A stretch of DNA of 64,000 nt from Candidatus Staskawiczbacteria bacterium (GTDB taxonomy: Bacteria; Patescibacteriota; Minisyncoccia; Minisyncoccales; Staskawiczbacteraceae), in assembly GCA_023245155.1 (NCBI GenBank), contig JAHFKV010000001.1, positions 459,034 to 523,033 of the forward strand, read 5' to 3'. Positions 26,770-34,466 of the stretch are shown here, piece by piece (position 1 is the stretch's first letter; each line of letters opens with the position of its first letter). The notes below the pieces were generated by a model. The model was not told the origin of the DNA and searched no databases. It saw nothing but the letters and a program-made list of their open reading frames with translations. The position numbers and the translations under genes were made by a program.

Positions 26770-26798
26770 ATACTATCATATCAAATTGTGTGTGTCAA
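26770..26798 (-). promoter_or_regulatory. Promoter TTGACA (26798-26793), 17-nt spacer, TAGTAT (26775-26770) for the pilus operon
   Basis: Read directly on the minus strand. Confidence 0.5.
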
Positions 26799-26810
26799 TA
26801 GCTGGCAACT

Positions 26811-26842
26811 AAAAAAACCTCCGCCATGGCGGAGGTTTTTTT
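26811..26842. terminator. Bidirectional terminator
   Basis: AAAAAAACCTCCGCC-ATGG-CGGAGGTTTTTTT. Confidence 0.7.
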
Positions 26843-26851
26843 ATAGATTAT

Positions 26852-27583
26852 TTATTGTTGGGAGGGCGTCTTTTTGTAAAAACTTTTTACAACATAGTAA
26901 GCAATAGCTAGGAGCACCAAAATACCCAAGATCCAGGCGGCATCTTTGTTCAATAAAGCATCTTTAATAGACGCTAATAGGCCATTTCCAGCCGGTGTGG
27001 TTGAAACAGCAGCGGGTCCCCCGGCTGCGGCCGGGCTCACTGTTTCATTGGTCGGTGTGGCGTTTCCTGTAGCTGGTTCTGGTGTGGTTGTTGTATTAGG
27101 AGTTGTTGGAGATGACGCACTGCTTGTGGAACTTGATAATACGCCCTGAATGGCATAACTCCCATTTGCAGATGTTGAGATCACTTTATTACTTTGATTA
27201 ATAGTTTCCACGTTTGCTAGATTAATGGATCCTGTCCCTGGGATGGTAGCTTGGGCGGAAATGTTTAATAGTGTTTTTGCACCCACGACGCACTGGGGAA
27301 TCCCCACCACAAAATGTGGGTTTTGGCACGAAGGGGCTGATTGAGCCATAATGCCGGCGGCAATGCTAATGGTTTGGCAAGAAAGATTGGTAAAACTAAT
27401 GTCTCCGGAAATGACGCAGACGCTATCATTTTGGGTTGATAATTCAACACTAGCTTGTAGTGTTTCTCCTAGATTTTTAGTGGCCGTGGCAGGTGCCACT
27501 GAAACTGAAGTCTCGGCGCTAGCGATGCCTGCAATACTTAACGCAACTAATGAGGCCAATCCGATTTTTGTAAGAGTGTTCAT
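26852..27583 (-). CDS. Membrane-anchored surface protein with a cohesin-like domain (putative dockerin receptor)
   Basis: Signal peptide, a ~140-aa beta-rich domain, a Thr/Pro linker and a C-terminal TM helix WILGILVLLAIAYYVV. It lies 4 nt downstream of the dockerin-bearing gene. Confidence 0.45.
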   Translation of the reverse strand: MNTLTKIGLASLVALSIAGIASAETSVSVAPATATKNLGETLQASVELSTQNDSVCVISGDISFTNLSCQTISIAAGIMAQSAPSCQNPHFVVGIPQCVVGAKTLLNISAQATIPGTGSINLANVETINQSNKVISTSANGSYAIQGVLSSSTSSASSPTTPNTTTTPEPATGNATPTNETVSPAAAGGPAAVSTTPAGNGLLASIKDALLNKDAAWILGILVLLAIAYYVVKSFYKKTPSQQ

Positions 27584-27587
27584 GGTA

Positions 27588-30500
27588 TTACTTTCTCCAG
27601 TTAAACATTAATATTGCTAAATCCGCTAAATTGACAATGCCGTCGTGGTTAATGTCGCTCATGAAAATGCCCGTTTTGCCCCAATCGGATAATAAGATTG
27701 CAAAGTCAAATTCATCCACGTGGCCATCTTGGTTAATATCGCCCGGTGTGAAAACCTGGGCAACACTCCCTCCTCCGCCTGAGCTAACAGGTGTTGGTGC
27801 GGGAGCTGGATTTGCTGCAAAGTTTGCCGTTACAGAAATATCGGCAGTCACATTGGCGTCGGTTCTTGGATTAGCGGTTGATTCGTCAGACCAGTTCACA
27901 AAATGAAACCCGCCATTTGCTACAGCCGTTACGGCAGTTCCGCTTGCGCCATTATTTACCGTTTGGGGCGTAGTTCCGGTAATACTGCCATTGGTACCAG
28001 CTGCATACGTAAGGGTATGAGTCGGAATAGCGGTATTGGTTATAGTGCAAGTTGCCGGTGTTTCGTTGTTGGTGGTTACCGTAATCACTCCATCGGCATT
28101 GCAGGCATCGCTAAATGCGGTTGTAAATCCTACAGGGCCACCAGTTTCACTGATAGTGTAGTTTCCAGTAGGTAACCCAGAATACGTTGTGCCGCTCGCG
28201 TTACCTGCTTGCGGGCTGGTGGCAACATCAGTTCCGTTTTGCATGACATGGATTTGGAAACTAGCTGAAGTGACTGTTTCGCCGCCGCCCTGCACCACTT
28301 TAATAACTTTCAAACTTCCGGTTTGGCGAGTGTTGGTGTAGGTACAAGTAGCCGTTTCACCAGAATCCACATTAATTACGTGGCTGGTGGGAGCTGGCCC
28401 ATCAATTCCCGCGTTTTCGCCGTCATATTTACAGATTACGCTATTGAAACTCCAGCCACTTGGAACACTTGGTTCGTCTACGGTGTAATTGGTATTCGCA
28501 TTAATGGTAATTGGGTCACTGGTTTTGGTGCCGCCGGTAGTGGTAAGAATTACGGGGTCTTTTCCTGTTACGGTAAACGTAAAGGTATCATTATAATTTT
28601 CATTGCCGGTATTCTTTACAATGATTACATGGCCCGGCTGGTCGTCGTTAGTAATAGTGCAAACCCAAGCTTCTTGATTAGCCACAGAAATATTCCCATC
28701 AGTATTGCTGGTCTGGCCGTCAGTACAGCTGATACTTTGGTCAAAACCGGTCAAATTTCCAGGGTTGTCTTCTGAGACCACGTAGTTCCCCGGTGTAAAG
28801 AATTTGGATAATTCACTGGTCATAGAGGTGGTCACCGGCGAATTGTCGCTTTCTGGGTCTGGCACGCTGGTAACTTTCAATGGGAAGTTATTTAAGGTGA
28901 AGTTTCCGCCATTGTCATTGGGTAAGTTTTTGATTATGGTAATAGCTCCTTGTCCCGCCGGAATATCGCTATTGGTAATGGTGCACGTGGTTGATTCGTT
29001 GACTACGCCACCGCTGGTAATAACTACATTAGTGCAGTTGCTTGAAGAAATAGCGTAGGGTGGCGCTTCCGGATTTAATATTTCAGCAATACTATAGGTT
29101 CCCGGATCTAAAGTTAAATCTTTTTCTCCTAATAATGGATTATCGCCATTCTGGTCAAAGTAATAACTTCCCGCGTTGTTTACGGTAAATGAAAATTGTC
29201 CGGCGGTTCCGGTACCTCCATTAGGATTAGTAACAATCTTTTTAACCAACAAATGGCCCTTTTTCTGGGGGTTGGTAATAGTGCAAACCGCATCTTGGCC
29301 CGGGCTCAATGATTCAATGTTGCAATCAGCGCTATAGCCGATAGTCCCATAATTGTCATTTTGGTCTTCGGTGACCGCATACGAAGTTCCCGGAACCAGG
29401 TTGGCATAAGTAACATCATAATTTTCCCTGAACGTACTGCTCGGTCCCCCGTTAAGATGGGCGGTAAATACGGTATTATCACTTACTGGGGTGGTCCCAT
29501 TTGGCGCCACCACCTGTTTTTTAACGGTTATAGATCCGCGTTTGGTATTAGTATAAGTACAAGTTATGGTTTCGCCCGCATCAAGTGTTATGCTGGCTGT
29601 TTTTGTATCTTGATTAGTTGTGGTATTTTCAGTGCCTGTTTCGGCGCATGAAAGGCTGGTAAAATCCCAACCGGTTGGTAAGGTCCCCTCGGTTACTGAA
29701 TAGGTTCCCGGCAGAATATTTGAAAATATTTTATCCGGACCGCCTTCAGGACTAGTGTCTATTTGGAAATTAGAAAGTCCGGTTCCGGTGGTTGAAAAAT
29801 TAAAGGTTCCCGTTCCGCCCGTGGAAACTTTAGTAATTTTAATAGTTCCTTTTTTGGTGTTGGTAATAATGCAATTGGTGGTATTTCCTGCAGTGACGGA
29901 AATATTTTGGCAAGCCGAAACATCTTCAACCCAATTAGCATCTGCAGTTTCGCTAATAGAATAGGTTCCCGGAGTTACGGTGAAATCTTCAGCATGGTTG
30001 GTTGCCAATGTTGTTCGCGTGGCCGGAGCGGTTATGGTGCCACTGCCCGTTGCAGTAATGGAAAAAGCCGTTGTGTCGTTAGCGGGAATAGTAACCTTGG
30101 TAACGTGAATGGTTCCGGTGGTAACAATCGCGTCTCCGGTAATCAAAACTCCATCTACTCTGAAATGTTCAACATCAGAAGTTGGCCCGCTTGTTTCGTC
30201 TCTGAATTTAACCAGAAAGGTGGTATTGTTCATCCCCGCATTAGTAATGGCTGATTGCGTAGTCCAAGAAGCATCGTTTCTCATATCGTGATTTGCCAGT
30301 TGAGTCCAGCCGGTAGTTTCACTACAAATATGCCCACTGGCTGCTTTAAATTCAACCAAAGCATTGTCGCTAGCACTACCAGAATCACTGTCACCTCTCC
30401 AATAATATGAAAGCTTTACATTGCTGTAGCCAGTGGTCGTAATTGTTCTACAGATATACCCAGATGATCCCAGCATCACCGCAAATCTTCCGCCATCAGG

Positions 30501-30722
30501 GCTGGCGCTATCATTTCCACTACTAGCGGCTCTTACTTCAGCATCGTCTCCGGCATTTCCACCTTCACTCCATCCAGACACCGTGGTGCTGGTAGAACCT
30601 GTACCAAATCCATCAGAAAGGATGGTGGTTGATGCACTTGTTATCCCTGGATGTACTACAAAAAAACCGCCCATTATAAAAAGCGCGGCTAGGACAAACA
30701 AAAACTTTTTTGGAGTAGTCAT
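27588..30722 (-). CDS. Giant secreted protein: jelly-roll-like N-domain, tandem Cys-bracketed Ig-like modules, InlB-B-repeat-like domain, C-terminal dockerin
   Basis: Signal peptide; at least 7 modules ending in C-T-[IFY]-T-N; HTLTYAAGTNGSITG...FHFVNWSD; a C-terminal pair of DINQDGHVDEFDFAILL and DINHDGIVNLADLAILM. Confidence 0.75.
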   Translation of the reverse strand: MTTPKKFLFVLAALFIMGGFFVVHPGITSASTTILSDGFGTGSTSTTVSGWSEGGNAGDDAEVRAASSGNDSASPDGGRFAVMLGSSGYICRTITTTGYSNVKLSYYWRGDSDSGSASDNALVEFKAASGHICSETTGWTQLANHDMRNDASWTTQSAITNAGMNNTTFLVKFRDETSGPTSDVEHFRVDGVLITGDAIVTTGTIHVTKVTIPANDTTAFSITATGSGTITAPATRTTLATNHAEDFTVTPGTYSISETADANWVEDVSACQNISVTAGNTTNCIITNTKKGTIKITKVSTGGTGTFNFSTTGTGLSNFQIDTSPEGGPDKIFSNILPGTYSVTEGTLPTGWDFTSLSCAETGTENTTTNQDTKTASITLDAGETITCTYTNTKRGSITVKKQVVAPNGTTPVSDNTVFTAHLNGGPSSTFRENYDVTYANLVPGTSYAVTEDQNDNYGTIGYSADCNIESLSPGQDAVCTITNPQKKGHLLVKKIVTNPNGGTGTAGQFSFTVNNAGSYYFDQNGDNPLLGEKDLTLDPGTYSIAEILNPEAPPYAISSSNCTNVVITSGGVVNESTTCTITNSDIPAGQGAITIIKNLPNDNGGNFTLNNFPLKVTSVPDPESDNSPVTTSMTSELSKFFTPGNYVVSEDNPGNLTGFDQSISCTDGQTSNTDGNISVANQEAWVCTITNDDQPGHVIIVKNTGNENYNDTFTFTVTGKDPVILTTTGGTKTSDPITINANTNYTVDEPSVPSGWSFNSVICKYDGENAGIDGPAPTSHVINVDSGETATCTYTNTRQTGSLKVIKVVQGGGETVTSASFQIHVMQNGTDVATSPQAGNASGTTYSGLPTGNYTISETGGPVGFTTAFSDACNADGVITVTTNNETPATCTITNTAIPTHTLTYAAGTNGSITGTTPQTVNNGASGTAVTAVANGGFHFVNWSDESTANPRTDANVTADISVTANFAANPAPAPTPVSSGGGGSVAQVFTPGDINQDGHVDEFDFAILLSDWGKTGIFMSDINHDGIVNLADLAILMFNWRK

Positions 30723-30793
30723 ATTTTTTAAATAATACTCTTTAATTACATCATCTTATATCTTGCAATTCAAAAGTCAAGTTTTTATGCATG

Positions 30794-31118
30794 AAAAAAG
30801 AGTAGTCCTACGCGAGCGCGAGTCTCGGGGCGAACTACTCTTCATCGCATGGTGCCAGAAGCTGGGGTTTGGTCATATTGACCGTTGCTATCAGGGAACC
30901 GTCGTGATTCGCGGAATTCCGAATTGTAGGTTCGGAATCTCCCCACGAACCGGGATCCTCGGTCCTGACATATGCAAGCTATTATGGCACTCGCGACCGA
31001 AAGGGAACTAGCGCGGGGCCATGCGCATGGCCACCTCCTGTTGTTGGAACCGCTTCGCATCGTGTAAACCGGGCATCCATTATGCCAGGTCATCACGAAA
31101 GATATGCGAAGAACGGTT
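30794..31118 (-). ncRNA. GC-rich structured RNA candidate, class unassigned
   Basis: Promoter TTGACA (31153-31148), 17-nt spacer, TAACAT (31130-31125). A long terminator hairpin at 30798-30842 has a U-run. There are many local perfect stems, for example 30916-30938 and 31017-31032. The only long ORF has a random-looking R/S/W/C-rich composition. Confidence 0.45.
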
Positions 31119-31170
31119 TTCATGATGTTAGCAAAAGGCAAGATCCGTGTCAAGCCCCCCTGTGGAAAAC

Positions 31171-31737
31171 TCAACCAGATTTCATTTTTTTAACCGTTTG
31201 GAGCATGGCCGGTAATTTTTTGAAACTTTCCACAAAGGCATTCATCATGGTGGTGCCACGGAGTGCGGCTGAGGGATGAAACATGGGAGCCACATGCCAA
31301 TTCCCTGTCCTGAATAGTTTTCCCTGGTCACGGCTAATCTTGGCTTCTGGTAAAAAATAATTCATAGAAAACCTGCCCAGCGGAATAATGATGGTAGGTT
31401 TGATGATTTCAATTTGCCGTGTTAAATAGGGTTTGTAAGCTTCAATTTCTTCGGGAAGAGGATCACGGTTTTCGGGCGGCCGCCGCTTTACAATGTTAGT
31501 AATATACACGTCCTCTTCTTTCCAACCCAGGGCACGGATTTGTTTTCGCAATAGTTGGCCGCTCCTGCCCACAAATGGCCGCACTAATTCATCTTCAAGT
31601 GCGCCCGGAGCTTCGCCAATAAACAATACTTCGCCGTCAGGATTCCCTTCACCAAATACTAGATTTGTGGTGAGGGGCAAGCTAGTATCGGCAATAATTT
31701 CCTGTTTTAGTTTTTCTAATTCTTTAATTTTGTTCAT
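31171..31737 (-). CDS. udg: Uracil-DNA glycosylase, family 4
   Basis: GEGNPDGEVLFIGEAPGALEDELVRPFVGRSG and HPSAALR motifs. Confidence 0.85.
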   Translation of the reverse strand: MNKIKELEKLKQEIIADTSLPLTTNLVFGEGNPDGEVLFIGEAPGALEDELVRPFVGRSGQLLRKQIRALGWKEEDVYITNIVKRRPPENRDPLPEEIEAYKPYLTRQIEIIKPTIIIPLGRFSMNYFLPEAKISRDQGKLFRTGNWHVAPMFHPSAALRGTTMMNAFVESFKKLPAMLQTVKKMKSG

Positions 31738-31801
31738 ATACTATTATGTATAACAAAAAATCGCCGGTTTGGCGACTTTTTGTTGCAAAGATACTGGGAA
31801 A

Positions 31802-32248
31802 TTAATTTCCAGAAGTCTCCATTCCAGAATTTCCGCTATCGCTAACGGATCCAGGAGCTTTGCAAGCTTTGGCGGCTGTTCTAAAACTTGTCCAAGCAGA
31901 CATTTTAGCGCTTTGCCAAGTTTTTCGGGCAGTCTTCATAGATGCAGAAAAATTAGACCAAGCCGTTCTCACATCAGTTTTCACATCAGCATACGTGCTC
32001 TTGGTATAAGCTGATGCCAAAGCGGTTGCCCGGGCTGAATATGCTCCGTTAGCAGAAGCGGTGTATGCAGTCATGGCGGTATCAATGGCTGTTTCCCTTG
32101 CCGCTACCGCAGTTCCCACGCAGGTTATTTTAGTGGTGATGCTGGTTGATGTGTCAGCGGTGCCGGTAGTTTGGGCTAATGCTCCAACCGCAAAGGTTGC
32201 TGCAAAAGCCAAGGAAGCGGTGGCGATAATAAGTTGTTTTTTTGTCAT
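31802..32248 (-). CDS. Secreted Ala/Thr-rich hypothetical protein
   Basis: Signal peptide MTKKQLIIATASLAFAATFAVGALA followed by a helical A/T/S-rich body. Confidence 0.45.
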   Translation of the reverse strand: MTKKQLIIATASLAFAATFAVGALAQTTGTADTSTSITTKITCVGTAVAARETAIDTAMTAYTASANGAYSARATALASAYTKSTYADVKTDVRTAWSNFSASMKTARKTWQSAKMSAWTSFRTAAKACKAPGSVSDSGNSGMETSGN

Positions 32249-32277
32249 GTTTTTAAATTTATTAATATGAAGTATGT

Positions 32278-32574
32278 TTAAGCGATAGTGTTTGCTGGTG
32301 GCGAATGATTTTTGATAAAATATATCTTGGTACTATTATTTACAATAAAAACAAAAATAAGAATATCGCCAATAATGAAAAATATTGGTACTGGATTATT
32401 GCTACCGGCGTCAAATAGGACTGCGTGTGCATCTATCTTGGGCAAGCCCATGTCATAATCTTCTTCTCCTGCTAAAGATACATTTTGCTGCAATAGCGGG
32501 ATAAAAATTACCGCTGTGATCAGCGTGGGAATTAGAAATAGAAAAAGTTGCGGTAATATTTTTTTCATGTGCAT
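32278..32574 (-). CDS. Small membrane protein, hypothetical
   Basis: AAGGAG precedes the ATG. There are two hydrophobic helices. Confidence 0.4.
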   Translation of the reverse strand: MHMKKILPQLFLFLIPTLITAVIFIPLLQQNVSLAGEEDYDMGLPKIDAHAVLFDAGSNNPVPIFFIIGDILIFVFIVNNSTKIYFIKNHSPPANTIA

Positions 32575-32613
32575 CTCCTTTTATTATAGTGCGCTCAAAA
32601 AATATTGCAAATG

Positions 32614-32684
32614 TGGACCCACGGGGAATCGAACCCCGCCCTCGTCCATGCCATGGACGCGTAATGCCGATTTACTATGGGCCC
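32614..32684 (-). tRNA. tRNA-Ala (anticodon GGC)
   Basis: A cloverleaf can be read by hand: acceptor GGGCCCA/UGGGUCC with G3:U70, anticodon stem CGUCC/GGACG, loop AUGGCAU, T-arm CGGGG-UUCGAUU-CCCCG. No CCA is encoded. Confidence 0.9.
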
Positions 32685-32938
32685 ATAATTAATTTCTGCT
32701 CCAGAACTATTTTTTCAATAATATGTCTGTTTTTAAAATTTTTCAACTTCAATTCCATGCGCCTTGCATCTATCTCATTTGTATACTCTTTTTGGAAAAC
32801 AATTTTTAGTGGTCTCAAATATTTCAAGGATTTCGTTTTACCTGAGTTGTGTTCTGCTAGTCGTCTTTCCAAGTCATTGGTGCTGCCAATATAGTATCTA
32901 CTATTTTTCTCACTTTGTAAGATATATAAGAAATACAT
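32675..32938 (-). CDS. GIY-YIG nuclease superfamily protein (87 aa)
   Basis: MYFLYILQSEKNSRYYIGSTNDLERRLAEHN carries the GIY...YIG motif. Its stop codon lies inside the tRNA-Ala 5' acceptor stem. Confidence 0.8.
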   Translation of the reverse strand: MYFLYILQSEKNSRYYIGSTNDLERRLAEHNSGKTKSLKYLRPLKIVFQKEYTNEIDARRMELKLKNFKNRHIIEKIVLEQKLIMGP

Positions 32939-32990
32939 ATTTTTCCCCGATGTCTACCGGGATCCCGACTTCATGATTTATTTTTAATAA

Positions 32991-33056
32991 GTGCGTCGGG
33001 AAACCCCCGCCCTCCCCGATGTACATCGGGGCGTCATACCGCTAGACCATAGGCCC
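32991..33056 (-). other. tRNA-like element (degenerate or atypical tRNA)
   Basis: The 5' part folds like a tRNA: GGGCCUA acceptor strand, GUC/GAC D-stem with an AGCGGUA loop, and a CCCCG/CGGGG anticodon stem. The loop is 8 nt (AUGUACAU) and neither a canonical T-arm nor an acceptor 3' strand is present. It shares GAGGGCGGGG with tRNA-Ala. Confidence 0.4.
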
Positions 33057-33064
33057 GTGCTTAC

Positions 33065-33092
33065 ATCATACTATTTTTTAATTTTTTTTCAA
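33065..33092 (-). promoter_or_regulatory. Promoter TTGAAA (33092-33087), 16-nt spacer, TATGAT (33070-33065) driving the tRNA-like/GIY-YIG/tRNA-Ala unit
   Basis: Read directly. The predicted start is 1-3 nt before the tRNA-like 5' end. Confidence 0.5.
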
Positions 33093-33094
33093 TG

Positions 33095-33126
33095 AAAAAA
33101 GGCGTCCCGTGGTGAGCCGCCTTTTT
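33095..33126. terminator. Bidirectional hairpin terminator
   Basis: AAAAAAGGCG...CGCCTTTTT. Confidence 0.55.
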
Positions 33127-33144
33127 GATTTCCCCTGCCATTAC

Positions 33145-33312
33145 TTATGACCGAGGAAACCCACTACAATACCAGGTGATGATGCCTAGTACAGTCAGGC
33201 ATCCCATCACCACGGCGCAAAGTATCAGGAATCCCTTCCCCGACAGCGTTGCGCAATCGCACTCCTCATTGCGGGTAATCCTTTTCCCGCAAAAATGACA
33301 CTGTCCGGACAT
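33145..33312 (-). CDS. Small Cys-rich membrane protein (55 aa), GC-rich
   Basis: Hand translation: MSGQCHFCGKRITRNEECDCATLSGKGFLILCAVVMGCLTVLGIITWYCSGFPRS. It has a CxxC...CxC head plus one TM helix, and falls below the ORF-track cutoff. Confidence 0.4.
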   Translation of the reverse strand: MSGQCHFCGKRITRNEECDCATLSGKGFLILCAVVMGCLTVLGIITWYCSGFPRS

Positions 33313-33398
33313 TTTGCCCCCGCTGTTAATGTGTTTTGACCCCTATAATTTAATTATATCACTAATAAAATACCCTGTCAATAGACAGGGTATTTACA

Positions 33399-34178
33399 TT
33401 ATACGATCAACTTTGATTTCCATAACCACCATCCTGCAATCAGTAGTACCAGCGGCACAAAGAAAGAATCGGTAAGGAGGTCATTGGTTAATCCAGTTGA
33501 AACGCTAGTAGCGCCCAATACGCTGCCGCCAGTAATGTATATAGTCGTTGAAGCTGAATTCGACTGGCCATAATTATTGCTTGCATACAGCGAACAGCTA
33601 TACGTGTTTTGGCTGTTGTACGACGGAGCAGTATAGATTGGCTGGGCAACTGTTGAGCTGGATACGCTACCGCCGTTGCAGGTCCATGAATAGTTAACAG
33701 GATTTCCATTGGAATCATATGCATATCCTTGCAATGTTGTGCTTTGTCCTGGATTCAAATAAAGGGAGGACCCGGCGTTTACCGTGATGGATCCATTTGG
33801 ACTATTAAATTGTCCGGCGGTAAATTGCAGGTCTTGGCCATAGGTTGTGCCAGCAGTATTTTGGGCAACGGCTCGGAAGTGATAGGTTTGGTTCGCAATC
33901 AGGCCGGTAATTTGTCCGCTAAAAGTGCCAGAATAATTTTGAGTGGTTATGTAAGTGGTGTTTGAATAATTAGTGCTCGTTCCCCACTGGAACCAAACGG
34001 TAGCGGAATTGTAACCGCCCAAATCATACAAATTACCATTTAACGTAGCATACGTGCTTTGGATGTAGCTAGCAGAGTTAGTTTGCACTTGCGGGCTGGA
34101 AATAGCCGATGCGGGGCTGGTTACAAGTACTGCTCCAAAAACAACTAACGATACCACTGCAATTCTTAAGATGTTCAT
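33399..34178 (-). CDS. Secreted protein with Fn3-like and PKD-like domains and a C-terminal TM anchor
   Basis: Signal peptide, an Fn3-like YHFRAVAQNTAGTTYG, a PKD-like NYSWTCNGG, and a C-terminal FFVPLVLLIAGWWLW. Confidence 0.55.
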   Translation of the reverse strand: MNILRIAVVSLVVFGAVLVTSPASAISSPQVQTNSASYIQSTYATLNGNLYDLGGYNSATVWFQWGTSTNYSNTTYITTQNYSGTFSGQITGLIANQTYHFRAVAQNTAGTTYGQDLQFTAGQFNSPNGSITVNAGSSLYLNPGQSTTLQGYAYDSNGNPVNYSWTCNGGSVSSSTVAQPIYTAPSYNSQNTYSCSLYASNNYGQSNSASTTIYITGGSVLGATSVSTGLTNDLLTDSFFVPLVLLIAGWWLWKSKLIV

Positions 34179-34285
34179 GATGTTAATTTTTTGTTAATTT
34201 CAATTTTATAGTATACCTACCCAAAAATAATTACAATATGTATCGCTCATATTTTCCTACACGGGAAGGACTTCTCCTTGTACAA

Positions 34286-34311
34286 ATTAAAACGGCGACA
34301 TGAAGTCGCCG
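34286..34311 (-). terminator. Terminator after tRNA-Lys
   Basis: CGGCGAC-TTCAT-GTCGCCG followed by a U-run on the minus strand. Confidence 0.6.
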
Positions 34312-34320
34312 CTTAATTTG

Positions 34321-34392
34321 TGCTCCCACCAGGATTCGAACCTGGAACCAATTGCTTAAAAGGCAACTGCTCTACCGTTGAGCTATAGGAGC
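34321..34392 (-). tRNA. tRNA-Lys (anticodon UUU)
   Basis: GCUCCUAUAGCUCAACGGUAGAGCAGUUGCCUUUUAAGCAAUUGGUUCCAGGUUCGAAUCCUGGUGGGAGCA with anticodon loop CUUUUAA. No CCA is encoded. Confidence 0.9.
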
Positions 34393-34466
34393 ATAAGTGC
34401 ATCTTGTTGCAGCAAAATGCACTTGTTTCAAATTTTAATGTAAAAATACCAAATTGTCAATTTTCC

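Noticed and set aside
27631-30735. Numerous 60-150-aa ORFs antisense to the giant surface protein genes (also 49977-53957) and to other long genes.
   Set aside because: They lie entirely within well-supported long CDSs on the other strand. They have low-complexity G/V/S/T-rich translations that mirror the sense-strand repeats, and no start signals.
30880-31060. Cobalamin riboswitch on the plus strand (CAGGGAACCGUCGUGAUUCGCGG and GGCCACCUCCUG resemble the AGGGAA...GGUG...AAUCC and GCCACUG boxes).
   Set aside because: The match is loose. On the plus strand there is no downstream gene to regulate, because the region runs antisense into udg.
30794-31174. tmRNA starting at GGGGGGCUUGACACGG, and a 110-aa ORF (31174-30842).
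   Set aside because: The G-run/TTGACA is better explained as the -35 of a promoter with a correctly spaced TAACAT. No T-arm or CCA-proximal acceptor exists. The candidate tag frames end atypically. The ORF starts inside udg and has a random-looking composition.
32991-33056. Calling the tRNA-like element a functional tRNA with an 8-nt anticodon loop (frameshift-suppressor-like, GUA or UAC anticodon).
   Set aside because: The acceptor 3' strand and a canonical T-arm (GTTCRANYC) are missing, so a complete cloverleaf cannot be drawn. It is retained only as a tRNA-like element.
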